In this document: positions 48,766 through 58,720 of the stretch, piece by piece
How positions within the stretch are numbered: position 1 is the stretch's first letter
How the letters are laid out: every line of letters begins with the position of its first letter
Assembly (NCBI GenBank): GCA_965205975.1
Contig: OZ242195.1
Location: 480,001 to 544,000, forward strand
Direction: 5' to 3'
Length of the DNA stretch: 64,000 bases
From: Candidatus Latescibacterota bacterium
GTDB lineage: Bacteria > Latescibacterota > UBA2968
Program-made: the position numbers and the translations under genes
Notes under the pieces: generated by a model
What the model was told of the DNA's origin: nothing
Database searches by the model: none
What the model saw: only the letters and a program-made list of their open reading frames with translations

Positions 48766-49716
48766 ATGACACCAACTATTTATGTCGGCACAATTGGTCA
48801 AGGCGTCTGGCGAAGCAAAGATGGTGGCGACTCATGGCGGCGCACGAGCAGCGGTATGTTTTCAGAATCGGATATCCGCGCCATTGCCGTGCATCCGGAC
48901 AATGCGTCAATTCTCTTTGCGGGGACAGAGACCGGTATTTATCGCTCGCAAAATGGGGGGGACAACTGGGAGAAATTGGATTCTCCAATGAACGGTATGC
49001 AAATTTGGTCTCTTGCGATTCATCCCAGAAATCCAGACACGGTTTATGCAGGCACATGTCCTTCTGCGCTATTTCGGTCAGACGATGGCGGTGAAACATG
49101 GAAGCAACTTTCCGTGGAACTCGTCGAGGATTGCGGTGCTATTATTCCGCGCGTCACGACTATTATCACAGATCCGACAGATGATCAGACCGTCTATGCG
49201 GGTATTGAAATCGATGGGATGCGGATTAGTAGAGATGGCGGCGAGACATGGACATCTGGCAATGAGGGCCTTTCGAGTCTCGACATTCACGGCCTCGCGC
49301 TTGTGCCCGGAAATCCAAAAACGCTTGTGGCTGGTACCAATAATGATGTGTGCCTTACAACCGATATGGTGAATTGGACACGGCTCAATGTGAAAGCAGA
49401 GTTTCCCTGGCCCTATTGCAGGGGGGTGCTCTATATGTCAAGTGGTCGGGTGTATGTCGGCGCGGGAAATGGACCGCCAGGCGATGAAGGCGGGCTGTTC
49501 TACACTTCTGATTTGGGACATTCGTGGGAGCGCGCCGATCTGAACGGCAATACAAACAGTACGGTCTGGGCGATTGTTCACAATCCCGCTGTGCCGAATT
49601 TGATAATAGCGTATAGCATTGCCGGACAAATTTTTAGCAGCACCGATAATGGCGATTCCTGGACCAAATTCGCCCGCGAGTTCGGCGAAGTTCGCGCAGT
49701 GGCTATTGCGCAGTAA
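48766..49716 (+). CDS. BNR/Asp-box beta-propeller protein
   Basis: Repeated SxDGGxxW motifs. Confidence 0.85.
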   Translation: MTPTIYVGTIGQGVWRSKDGGDSWRRTSSGMFSESDIRAIAVHPDNASILFAGTETGIYRSQNGGDNWEKLDSPMNGMQIWSLAIHPRNPDTVYAGTCPSALFRSDDGGETWKQLSVELVEDCGAIIPRVTTIITDPTDDQTVYAGIEIDGMRISRDGGETWTSGNEGLSSLDIHGLALVPGNPKTLVAGTNNDVCLTTDMVNWTRLNVKAEFPWPYCRGVLYMSSGRVYVGAGNGPPGDEGGLFYTSDLGHSWERADLNGNTNSTVWAIVHNPAVPNLIIAYSIAGQIFSSTDNGDSWTKFAREFGEVRAVAIAQ

Positions 49717-49735
49717 TACAGGTGGTGGATAGTGG

Positions 49736-51388
49736 CTAAACGAGTTTCTCTTCTGCGGCCGACCACGTTCCGCATCTGATTTCCAGCAGGTGATCCACTG
49801 GCGTCGTAAATGTCATCAATACGCGGAAGGCAGTGGGGGCGGACTCGCTGCCCCGCAATGCCCAGTAGCGATGCGTGTATGCGCCCGGTCCAATGGAAAT
49901 GGCGTCGTTGCCTATGTGGTAGGTCGCATATCCGGATTTGAGGAATGCGACCTCCGCGGCCTGGCCACGCACGATACCGCTGTCAAAATCCAGTTCGCCG
50001 CCGGGTACAAAATCGCACGCGATTTGAAATGGCACGCGGTCATAGCCCTCTGATTTTACGTGCAGATTAAATCCGTTATCCACTTCTTCAATTTCCAATA
50101 CTGTCGTTAGTGGCGACAGCGCGTACACATCTCTTTCTTTTCGCAAGTTGTAAAATTCCTCAAAGGCGACTTCGCGCCCCAATGGCAGGTCATAACCGGG
50201 TCTGCCGCCATCAGAACTGCGGCTCACATGCGTCATCCTGATTTTGCCATCCACTTCCTCAAAGGTCTCACCTGAAAATTGCGCGATAGCAAAATAGCTC
50301 GCGCACAGGTTCACCGAGGCCAATTCTACGTCTCCATGCTTTACGCTAAATGGCGATATTATACCTGCACCTGCTGTGGCACTCGTTTTTTCGCGCCGCA
50401 CGCGCCACAGTCGCGCTGTGGGATAAACCTTCGCGTACGATTCGGGCAAAGGCTCGCGCTTCAGGTTGTCGTCTCGCCATTCGGGGCGGGTTAAAAATGG
50501 TTCCAGCGTCCACGGCAAACCGCCCGGGGATATGGCGTATAACCAGTCTGCGACTGCCGCGTAAAATCCATTTTCCTCGCGCCGCGCCATGTTGTAATAG
50601 CTATCGACCATACCTACCAGTATCACGCGCGTGCCGTGGTCCTGTCTGCGGGAAAAACTTGTTACAACAGTTCCGTCTGCATGTAACATGTGATAGGACA
50701 AATCCAGATTTCGGCGCACGGGTTCCAGAAGTTGGGGACGATTGAGCGCGTCGGAAGCCAGTCTCAGTGCGCGATTGCAGATGGCGTTATACGTGCCTGC
50801 ACTGCGCTCGATGTATTCGCCATCGGCATTGTTGTCTATTGTTTCGGCGAGATAGCTTTCAATGGTGTCCATTCCGTCCAGATCGGGGAATAATTCCAGC
50901 GCCTGGGAAAGCGCGGCGACCAATACCCAGCGGTGATTGGGCGTGTGGAATCCGCCTGCGATCATGCCTGGTACCGCCGTTTGAATAATTTCTCCGAGTA
51001 CTTCAGCTATCTGGCCTGCGCCGTCATTTTTTGCTTTGCGAGCCGCGCGGACTACTGGCGCGAGTCCTTCGACCAGAAATCCTGTGTCTGGCGATGAATC
51101 AAAATTGGTTGTAATAAGATCAAAGCATCCACTTTCCCTGCGAATTTTTCGCGCAAAAGCCGCGCCGGCGAGAATACGCGTCAATATTTCTTCGCTTTGA
51201 TAATAGCGACCGCCTTCCAGAAGATAGGCATAGCCCAGGGTGGATATTGCGCTCACATTTGTTGCACCGGCAATGCCATCGCTGACAAACCCGCCGTAAT
51301 CTTCGCGATGGATATCCATGACCTGACGGGGCAACATAGTTTCTATTTGTTCATTCAGATTTTCCAATAGTGATTCGTATTTTAGCAT
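49736..51388 (-). CDS. Conserved hypothetical protein (possible polysaccharide lyase/heparinase-like fold)
   Basis: Long ORF with GGFHTPNHRW and DGEYIERS motifs; start re-called at ATG 51388 with GGGAG RBS; fold is a guess. Confidence 0.65.
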   Translation of the reverse strand: MLKYESLLENLNEQIETMLPRQVMDIHREDYGGFVSDGIAGATNVSAISTLGYAYLLEGGRYYQSEEILTRILAGAAFARKIRRESGCFDLITTNFDSSPDTGFLVEGLAPVVRAARKAKNDGAGQIAEVLGEIIQTAVPGMIAGGFHTPNHRWVLVAALSQALELFPDLDGMDTIESYLAETIDNNADGEYIERSAGTYNAICNRALRLASDALNRPQLLEPVRRNLDLSYHMLHADGTVVTSFSRRQDHGTRVILVGMVDSYYNMARREENGFYAAVADWLYAISPGGLPWTLEPFLTRPEWRDDNLKREPLPESYAKVYPTARLWRVRREKTSATAGAGIISPFSVKHGDVELASVNLCASYFAIAQFSGETFEEVDGKIRMTHVSRSSDGGRPGYDLPLGREVAFEEFYNLRKERDVYALSPLTTVLEIEEVDNGFNLHVKSEGYDRVPFQIACDFVPGGELDFDSGIVRGQAAEVAFLKSGYATYHIGNDAISIGPGAYTHRYWALRGSESAPTAFRVLMTFTTPVDHLLEIRCGTWSAAEEKLV

Positions 51389-51408
51389 GCATAACTCCCA
51401 ATGAGTAA

Positions 51409-51562
51409 CTGATGTTACGCAACTGCACAATATAATGGGCCTGTCATTTTGAGCGGAGCGCAGCGGAGTCGAAAAATCTACGACCAACGCAGGTGGAATA
51501 GATGCTTCGGCTCCGTTCCACTCCGCTCAGCATGACAAAACCATAGACCTGCGTAACGTCAA
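51409..51562. mobile_element. MITE/REP-like nested palindromic element
   Basis: Outer IR TGATGTTACGCA / TGCGTAACGTCA; inner IR GTCATTTTGAGCGGAG / CTCCGCTCAGCATGAC. Confidence 0.65.
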
Positions 51563-51655
51563 TAAGTAAACGACCAATAGCAAACTGAAGACCCGCTCAA
51601 TATACCCCCAATTTATTCGTACTTCAAGAGAACTCGTTTCCCACAGGGGCCTGAT

Positions 51656-52297
51656 TCAATGCAAACTGAAACGGATCGGGATGGTCATGCGTACCGCAAT
51701 TGCTCTGTCATTTTGCATGGCTGGCTTGAACAGAAATTGTCTGACTGCCTCCAGAGCCGCAGCGCGAAAAATCTCGGGGCCTTTTAAAACTCGTGGTTCG
51801 GATACGCGCCCTTCTCTGGTCACTATAAACGCCACAATCACCTGGCCCTGTAAACCCGCTCTGCGGGCCATCTCTGGATAAACTGGATTCACACGCTGGA
51901 TCAACTCGGGTTTCTGTTCCACGATCCAGAATTCCAAAATCTCTTCTTCTACTTCCACATCGTTCTTCCGCAGGGGTGGTGGGATATCGACGACAGGTGC
52001 ATCGAAATCCAGTTCTGTATCGGCAATGGTTACATCATCGGGTACGTCTTCGTCTTCTGTTTCAATGGGTACGGAGGGCCTTTCCATGGGTGGTGGTCGC
52101 TTCTTCTGATGTGTCTCGGGAATATCTTCAACTTTAAGGACCTCAATAACTTTTTTGGTCGATTTAGAGTCGATCTTCATATCTGGAAACAAAATGGCCA
52201 ATCCGACCATCAGAAACAGCGTCAACGAAGTAGAACGTTTCATTACTTTTGGATAAATTGCTTTCAAATCGGCATCTGCATGTTTTTTGCGAATCAT
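51656..52297 (-). CDS. tonB: Energy transducer TonB family protein
   Basis: N-terminal TM, Pro/acidic linker, PVYPEMARRAGLQGQV...FKPA...IPIRF. Confidence 0.88.
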   Translation of the reverse strand: MIRKKHADADLKAIYPKVMKRSTSLTLFLMVGLAILFPDMKIDSKSTKKVIEVLKVEDIPETHQKKRPPPMERPSVPIETEDEDVPDDVTIADTELDFDAPVVDIPPPLRKNDVEVEEEILEFWIVEQKPELIQRVNPVYPEMARRAGLQGQVIVAFIVTREGRVSEPRVLKGPEIFRAAALEAVRQFLFKPAMQNDRAIAVRMTIPIRFSLH

Positions 52298-52315
52298 CGG
52301 TTTCTCCTTTTTAGA

Positions 52316-52331
52316 TATTAAAAATTTAATA
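52316..52331. promoter_or_regulatory. Putative BlaI-family operator upstream of tonB
   Basis: TATTAAAAATTTAATA, identical to 54791-54806. Confidence 0.6.
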
Positions 52332-52365
52332 GTTCATTTTAAAAAAATATTTAACCCAACGTGAT

Positions 52366-54390
52366 CTATCCCTCCTTCCGCACACCTTCAATACAAAATG
52401 TGTGAGCCAGTACATCGAGTTGTCTCATCTGAAGCGCCTTTGTGCGGTTAGGCGCATAGATACCCATGTTGATTAAAAAGAAGCGATTCTGAGCAATATC
52501 AAAGAGTGCATAACTCTTAAATGGTCCACCTTGCCACGCGCGTGTATTTTCCCATAGTCCTTCCAGGCATACGGCCAATTTACCCAGAAACTCCGTCTGG
52601 TAAATATTTACCTCCCCAGACGATGTTTGATCGCCGCCATAAAAACGGCTCGATACGTCGTCCCACTTTTGCAAACACCAATCTGGCGTCAATTGATCGG
52701 GATGTACACCATCTTCCCAATATACCCACAGCCACAATTGTCGTCGATCTACCTGACGCGCCAGTGCTACAAAGTTCTCGCTTGCATACTCATCCATTAC
52801 TTCATAGCCCACCGGCACCCGCAGGCGCCAGCCAAATTGCCGTGATAGAGCTTCAGAATGCTCGGTATTTTCTCCCGCGTGATACAGAATGGTTTCGAGC
52901 CATTTCGACATAGATGCATCAATCGCCGACACAATGCGGTCGCCATTGAGCGCGACTTGTTCAGCTACACCCGGATCATCTGCAGCGTTGACGACCACAA
53001 CTATCTGATCAGATGCCCACACATCGCGGTGAATTACTGTCTCATTTTTAGAACGCCCGGTAAACAGCGGCTGCAAGTCCTTCGCCAGAATACCATTTGC
53101 AGATGAAACAAGGATCAAATTGCGGTAAGCCCGAAAATCCCGAAACGCTTCAGGAGAGACATATACGAGATCAAATACGTACTCGGGTTGCGGCGTCAAC
53201 ACCGGATCTAATAGTAAATCTTCCAATACTGGTTTTAACTCCTCCCGGGCGGCTCCATCGGCCACAATCACAATTTTACTGGTTAGTCCAATGCCCCTGG
53301 GCAGCGGATTGCCGATAAGTACATCTGCCAGCGGTTTGCTCCATCGGGCAATTTTCAGATGGGCTTCGGCTCGACCGGGCACATCAATGAGAGGACCGAT
53401 TTTTATAGCAATGATACAGACAGATAGAAATATCGCGAGCCAGATTGCACTGTGCGACAGCGATGGGCGGTGCCGGCTGAGCAGATATTCAAAGCGTTTT
53501 ACCAGATTTGGATGGCGATTTATAATGCCCAAACCTATTGGGCGCACCTTGCCAATCATCTCTGTCAGGCGCGTCAGACAGATTGCATAATCACGTGCAT
53601 TGTGACCGCGATGCACTGCATAATCATCGCAGGCCATTTCTCGCGTCAGTGACAGTTGCCAGCTCAGCCACCAGATGCCGGGATTGCACCATAAAAAAAC
53701 TTCCACGAGGCGCTGCATCAGAATGCCGAGAGCATCTCGGCGTTGAACATGCGCGATTTCATGCTTGAGAATTTGCTCCAGTTCAGACGCTGACAGTTGC
53801 GGTATGAGATGTTGCGGTATGAGAACGACCTGACGAAAAATACCCAGTACTGCGGGGCTGGCAATAGCATCTGAAATTCGCAAACCAACATCCACTGAGC
53901 CAATCCATCTGCGTTTGCACCGCTCAAACTGAGTCTGAAGATCCTTTCCAGCCCACTTTCCAGATCGCTTTAACCGCATCATCTGATAATATCCCAGTGC
54001 TATGCGCCCGAGCATTGCATTGGCAACGGCCAGCCATAAAATCCAGAAGACAATTGGCCAGGAAGATGTGCTGTGGCTCGACCGGGTTTTCACAGGCGTT
54101 GCTATTTGTGGTTGTGATGCCTCACTGGCGAGATTGGTATCCAGCACTCTGGTTGGGGGAATCGTTGTGTCCGATTCATCTGTGGCCTCGTATGGTGCAG
54201 GTGTGACGAGAAACAGAGGCATAATCACTACACCAATCACAGCGATCCATAACAGGCGGTGCAACAAAGACGCGGGCACGCGCAAGTGCGAGAGGACTGC
54301 CACAATCATTGCAGCCAAAAATCCCATCCAGATCCCATTCAGCAGATAAAACACGCTGAGCCGAGCAATGGTATCAATCCATTCGCCCAT
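52366..54390 (-). CDS. BlaR1-like M56 metallopeptidase fused to a DUF4837-like C-terminal domain
   Basis: SPAVLG, HEIAH, NP..W, REMACDD; C-half with TPQPEYVF and GLWE..GGPFKSY. Confidence 0.8.
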   Translation of the reverse strand: MGEWIDTIARLSVFYLLNGIWMGFLAAMIVAVLSHLRVPASLLHRLLWIAVIGVVIMPLFLVTPAPYEATDESDTTIPPTRVLDTNLASEASQPQIATPVKTRSSHSTSSWPIVFWILWLAVANAMLGRIALGYYQMMRLKRSGKWAGKDLQTQFERCKRRWIGSVDVGLRISDAIASPAVLGIFRQVVLIPQHLIPQLSASELEQILKHEIAHVQRRDALGILMQRLVEVFLWCNPGIWWLSWQLSLTREMACDDYAVHRGHNARDYAICLTRLTEMIGKVRPIGLGIINRHPNLVKRFEYLLSRHRPSLSHSAIWLAIFLSVCIIAIKIGPLIDVPGRAEAHLKIARWSKPLADVLIGNPLPRGIGLTSKIVIVADGAAREELKPVLEDLLLDPVLTPQPEYVFDLVYVSPEAFRDFRAYRNLILVSSANGILAKDLQPLFTGRSKNETVIHRDVWASDQIVVVVNAADDPGVAEQVALNGDRIVSAIDASMSKWLETILYHAGENTEHSEALSRQFGWRLRVPVGYEVMDEYASENFVALARQVDRRQLWLWVYWEDGVHPDQLTPDWCLQKWDDVSSRFYGGDQTSSGEVNIYQTEFLGKLAVCLEGLWENTRAWQGGPFKSYALFDIAQNRFFLINMGIYAPNRTKALQMRQLDVLAHTFCIEGVRKEG

Positions 54391-54779
54391 CACGTTTCAT
54401 CCTCCTCTGCCTTCTGAATCATTTTGTGAATGCGGGCGAGGTCTTGTGCATCGAGTTCTTCATTTTCCACCAGATTGAGTACCAGAGTTTCTGGCGAATT
54501 ATCGAAAAAACGACTCATTAGATATTGAATGGCGCTTCGCTGTGCATCCTCTCGCCCCACGATTGGATAATACACAAAAGCTCTGCCTTCTTTTTCATGT
54601 CGCAAATAACCCTTCTGTTCCAGAATGCGCAATATTGTCAATACTGTGCTATACGCCGGAGATTCACGTCCAGCGAGTGTGTTGACAACCTCGCTCACTG
54701 TAGCCGATCCACGATCCCAAATCACCCGCATCAATCTCAGTTCGGCATCTGTCAGAGTAGGGGATCTTCGCCTGCCCAT
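54390..54779 (-). CDS. BlaI/MecI/CopY family repressor
   Basis: LTDAELRLMRVIW, AYSTVLTIL..LEQKG, GRAFVY. Confidence 0.93.
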   Translation of the reverse strand: MGRRRSPTLTDAELRLMRVIWDRGSATVSEVVNTLAGRESPAYSTVLTILRILEQKGYLRHEKEGRAFVYYPIVGREDAQRSAIQYLMSRFFDNSPETLVLNLVENEELDAQDLARIHKMIQKAEEDET

Positions 54780-54790
54780 ATAGTCCTCGC

Positions 54791-54860
54791 TATTAAAAAT
54801 TTAATACTTCCAAAATAAATATGACCGAAAAGAAAGTGAATGTCAATTAAAAAATTAATA
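54791..54860 (-). promoter_or_regulatory. blaI-like promoter with two operator copies
   Basis: Palindromes at 54791-54806 and 54845-54860; minus-strand TTGACA (54846-54841) and CATATT 17 bp downstream. Confidence 0.65.
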
Positions 54861-54936
54861 GTTCAACAGAAAAAAAGACAAACTGGTAGGAGACAGGACG
54901 CCCTCGCGTCCAGGTTTTCCAAACGGAGATACAAAG

Positions 54937-55917
54937 TCACTTGAACTTCAAGAGTTTGCCTTCGCGGGCAGATTGATAGACCGCTTCGAGGAGTGCTACT
55001 GTGCGGCGGCCTTCGCGTCCATCTACAGATAGGGGCGTTCCTTTGGTCACGGCATTGACCACATCTTCGACAATGCTGTGGACGTTATTTTCTACGCTGT
55101 CGAGTTTTTCCTGAAGCCCTGTGCCGTAAACCGTCATTTCGCCATTTAAAACATCGTGCAGCAAAATACCACCTTCTGTTCCGTGGACCTCTGCACTGAA
55201 ATACACACTCTGGGGAAAGGTCGTAGTGCCCAAAATTGTGCCTTTTGCCCCGTTCTCAAAATTCAGGATTGCCAGTCCGATGTCTTCGGTCTCAATCTCG
55301 TGATTTACAATGTCGATTTCGCCATACACAGAAACCGGGTCGCCCATAAACCAGCTCAATACATCGAGCAAATGTGCGCCCTGGTTGGCCAATGAGCCGC
55401 CGCCATCCATATCCCATGTCCCGCGCCAACCATCGTCGTGCAAAAAATAGCCGTCAGATCGAAACCACTTAAAACGCACTTCACCCAATATCATCTTGCC
55501 CAGCCAGCCTTCCCGAATCGCGGTTGCCACCTTGACGTTGCCATCAACGTATCGGCTTTGATAATCCACACCGCACAATACACCGGCCTCTTCACAAGCC
55601 GCAATGAGCCGGTCACACGCTTCCGTACTTACATCCATGGGCTTGGTGGTAATTACATGCTTGCCCGCTTTTGCCGCTTCAATGCCCACCTGGGCATGTT
55701 TGCCGCTCGGCGTCATCACCATCACGACATCCACATCATCTCGCGCAAACACATGTTCCATATTTATAACGCAGTCCGTCTCCAATTCCTGCGCCACTTC
55801 TTCGGCCAGATCGCCGTGCAGATCGCATACGACCTTTAAATCTGCACCGGCTGTCTCTTTAATCAACCGCGCCCTGTTGCGCCCCATGCCCAGACCTATA
55901 ACGCCAAAACCGACCAT
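54937..55917 (-). CDS. Gfo/Idh/MocA oxidoreductase
   Basis: GLGMG, TKP, WRGTW..DGGG..NQG.H. Confidence 0.9.
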   Translation of the reverse strand: MVGFGVIGLGMGRNRARLIKETAGADLKVVCDLHGDLAEEVAQELETDCVINMEHVFARDDVDVVMVMTPSGKHAQVGIEAAKAGKHVITTKPMDVSTEACDRLIAACEEAGVLCGVDYQSRYVDGNVKVATAIREGWLGKMILGEVRFKWFRSDGYFLHDDGWRGTWDMDGGGSLANQGAHLLDVLSWFMGDPVSVYGEIDIVNHEIETEDIGLAILNFENGAKGTILGTTTFPQSVYFSAEVHGTEGGILLHDVLNGEMTVYGTGLQEKLDSVENNVHSIVEDVVNAVTKGTPLSVDGREGRRTVALLEAVYQSAREGKLLKFK

Positions 55918-55931
55918 GTTATCCTCCTATA

Positions 55932-56029
55932 CGAATCAGCGAATCAACGAATCAACGACGGAGTTCGTAACAACTTTGGGTGGTAGGGCGGGGTTCGTCT
56001 ATTCGTCTATTCGTCTATTCGTCTATTCG
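55932..56029. repeat. Opposed octamer tandem repeats
   Basis: (CGAATCAR)x3 at 55932 and (TTCGTCTA)x4 at 55994. Confidence 0.8.
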
Positions 56030-56037
56030 CCTTATTT

Positions 56038-57045
56038 TCATGCACAATCGGGATGGCCTTCTTTCCAACGCCCGAACGGAACATCGGTCTGCCCGTCCTG
56101 ATTGATTTTCGACATCGCCTTTCGAGTATCCAACCACATTTGGGTCCACACTTTTGCATCTCTCAATTCGCGCTCTGGATGTTTGCGGCTGCGCGCGACA
56201 AAGCCCGGAAATGCTTCGCGTCCAGTCAACTGACCGGTGGGATTATAGCGCAGATCAAAGCTCCAGCGGATTTTATCGCTCACATTGGGCAGCGATCCGT
56301 GTACTGTACACTTGGGAAGAAAAATGACATCTCCCCGTTTAATCGGTAGCGGTATCATGCGTTTGGCTTCAAATAGCGATTCGGGTATTTGCCGCCCGCC
56401 CGCTGTTTTGGGCCCATTCCCAAAGTACGACGGACAGTGCGTCAAAAGTCCATTTTTGTGGCTGCCGGGCACGACTTTTAGCGGGCCTTGTTCAATATCG
56501 ACGTCTTCGAATGCAAACCACACGGTCAACATATTTGTCTCATCTGCTTCTGGTACAACCACGCCCTGATCCTGGTGCCAGATCGTTTCTCCCAAAATCG
56601 GATTTCCAAACTGGTTTTTGGGCAGAATATGCTCGGGCGGTTTAATCCGCACATGTTGTACGGGATTCGAGTAAATCTCTGGACCGATGAGCGATTCCAC
56701 ACAATCGAGCAGGGATTCATCCGTAAAGGCATTGAGAACAGCCTGTCCCGTCCAAAAAGGTGTGTCTGGCTTCACATTTTGAAATGGTAGCGAAAAATCG
56801 AAATACTGTTTGTGTACATCACCTGTTTCAATACAGACTGCGATAAACCGCTCGGCAAAATCGAGGTCCTCAAACAAAGAAGAGATTTCTTCTCGCTCGT
56901 AAAGATCGCGCACTAATGTGTCGAGTACATCTGTGTATTCTTCAATCACAGGATCCAACACGGTTTTTGGATCCAACACGCCTTCCACCACCAGATAGCC
57001 TTCTTCTTCAAACTGTGCAATCTGCTCGGCAGTTAGGCAACCCAT
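56038..57045 (-). CDS. PhyH-family Fe(II)/2-oxoglutarate dioxygenase
   Basis: FEEEGYL, WHQD, PGSH, HGS..N.S..R. Confidence 0.9.
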   Translation of the reverse strand: MGCLTAEQIAQFEEEGYLVVEGVLDPKTVLDPVIEEYTDVLDTLVRDLYEREEISSLFEDLDFAERFIAVCIETGDVHKQYFDFSLPFQNVKPDTPFWTGQAVLNAFTDESLLDCVESLIGPEIYSNPVQHVRIKPPEHILPKNQFGNPILGETIWHQDQGVVVPEADETNMLTVWFAFEDVDIEQGPLKVVPGSHKNGLLTHCPSYFGNGPKTAGGRQIPESLFEAKRMIPLPIKRGDVIFLPKCTVHGSLPNVSDKIRWSFDLRYNPTGQLTGREAFPGFVARSRKHPERELRDAKVWTQMWLDTRKAMSKINQDGQTDVPFGRWKEGHPDCA

Positions 57046-57107
57046 GGTATTTCCTCCTTTTTGTGGGTGTTTTAGCGGTCAGCTTTTTAATTTTAGAGCC
57101 TCAGACG

Positions 57108-57998
57108 CTATTGTCCTGCTGTGACCAGCGTTAGCGCACCGGGCATAATTTCAAATACCAGTTCTTTTGGCCCTTTCTCTACTTCGCCGTCAAATTGAAA
57201 CCAATCGCTTTTCTCGCGCGTGATATGGACTTTTTTCGCCTGAAATATCTCGACACCGGGCATTCGGTCAAAAGTGCCATTAAAAAGTCGATAGGTATTC
57301 AACACCAGGCGAATCCACCCCGGATGTGTAAACACGCATACATCGAGAAGTCCATCATCTGGCATTGCTTGAGGAGCTATGGTTGCGCCGCCTCCAAAGT
57401 CCGGCATGTTGGCTATGGCAACGAACAAAGGCGTGCGCTCAATTTCACTGTCAGAATCCAATTTCAACCGCAAGGTCTGCGGGCGATATAAGAGAAGCGA
57501 TAGCGCGGTGAGCACCAGGTAGGGCAAGAATCCGCGGCGCCCCGTCCGATTTGCATACCGATGTGCAACCTCTGCGTCTAAGCCAATGCCCGCCGTAGAA
57601 AAAAACAGGGCATTGCCCACGCGCCCCACATCGAGTTTCCGTATCTCTGGCTGAATAAAAGCGCGACAGGCTTTTGCCGGGTCAAAAGATAAATTCAAAG
57701 CACGCGCAAACGCATTGCCCGATCCAGCGGGTACCACTCCCAGTGGCATCTCTGTGCCGAGTAGTGCGCGTCCAACTTCGTTAATGGTGCCATCGCCTCC
57801 AATGGCTACTACCAAATCGAATCCCATTTCGGACGCGCTTGCCGCCAATTCCGTAGCGTGCCCCGCGTGCTGCGTTACTTCAAGGGTAAAATCCATCTTT
57901 GCTTTTTCACAGGCGGCAATTATGCGCGATCGAATATTGCGCCGCACACCTGCATGCGGATTCGCAATGAAGAGCACGCGGGAAAATTGCACACTCAT
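57108..57998 (-). CDS. Diacylglycerol/lipid kinase family (YegS/DgkB-like)
   Basis: NPHAG, GGDGT, PAGSGN, DDG.LD, DGE. Confidence 0.92.
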   Translation of the reverse strand: MSVQFSRVLFIANPHAGVRRNIRSRIIAACEKAKMDFTLEVTQHAGHATELAASASEMGFDLVVAIGGDGTINEVGRALLGTEMPLGVVPAGSGNAFARALNLSFDPAKACRAFIQPEIRKLDVGRVGNALFFSTAGIGLDAEVAHRYANRTGRRGFLPYLVLTALSLLLYRPQTLRLKLDSDSEIERTPLFVAIANMPDFGGGATIAPQAMPDDGLLDVCVFTHPGWIRLVLNTYRLFNGTFDRMPGVEIFQAKKVHITREKSDWFQFDGEVEKGPKELVFEIMPGALTLVTAGQ

Positions 57999-58588
57999 GT
58001 GTGTAAAAAATCGACCAGGGTCTGACCGATATCCCTCAAAATTTTTGGCGAAGGCTGCGATACATCGATTTGTTGCACGATTTCTTTGGGATAATGTTCC
58101 AATACAGCAATTGTTTGACGGTCGTACACATCGAATCTTTTGCGAATAATTTGTTCATTTGCGTCATCAATGCGGTATGCGACGAGCGCACGCCCAAAGA
58201 GGCGTTTGATCAGTACATTGCGGTCTGGACAATCCAATACCATGATCAATTTTACATTCAGGTTCTCATCGGCCATCTGAGCCTGGGCCAGTGTGCGCGG
58301 TAAGCCATCTAAAATCAGTGTCTGTTCATCGGGCTTAAAATCGCCAAAATCAGCCAGACGCTGCATGCGTTCTCGCCACAGGGCTACAACAAATTCATCG
58401 GGTACCAACTCGCCTTTGCGAATACTCGCCAGAGCCATTTCCCCAGGCTGGCTATCGACGTCCAATGCCCTGAGCATATCGCCACTTGAAAAATGGTATA
58501 AACCTGGTATTTGTTTTAACACACTTCCCCATGTGCCCTTGCCGGCACCGGGGGGGCCAAATAATAAGACAGTATCATACATCGGCAC
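57995..58588 (-). CDS. Adenylate kinase family protein (short, no LID)
   Basis: GPPGAGKGT, SSGDMLR, GELVPD, LDGLPR, RIDD. Confidence 0.85.
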   Translation of the reverse strand: MPMYDTVLLFGPPGAGKGTWGSVLKQIPGLYHFSSGDMLRALDVDSQPGEMALASIRKGELVPDEFVVALWRERMQRLADFGDFKPDEQTLILDGLPRTLAQAQMADENLNVKLIMVLDCPDRNVLIKRLFGRALVAYRIDDANEQIIRKRFDVYDRQTIAVLEHYPKEIVQQIDVSQPSPKILRDIGQTLVDFLHT

Positions 58589-58636
58589 AACTCCCTTGAT
58601 TGTTTTTTGACAGAATGGAAATGTGAATGTATTTTA

Positions 58637-58692
58637 GTAGGAGCGGATTGAACTGCTGTCGCAGTTGTACATCGCTCCAAACCCGCTCCTAC
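58637..58692. repeat. GTAG-type REP-like palindrome
   Basis: GTAGGAGCGG...CCGCTCCTAC. Confidence 0.6.
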
Positions 58693-58720
58693 GGATTACC
58701 GAACCTTATAGGAGAACATC

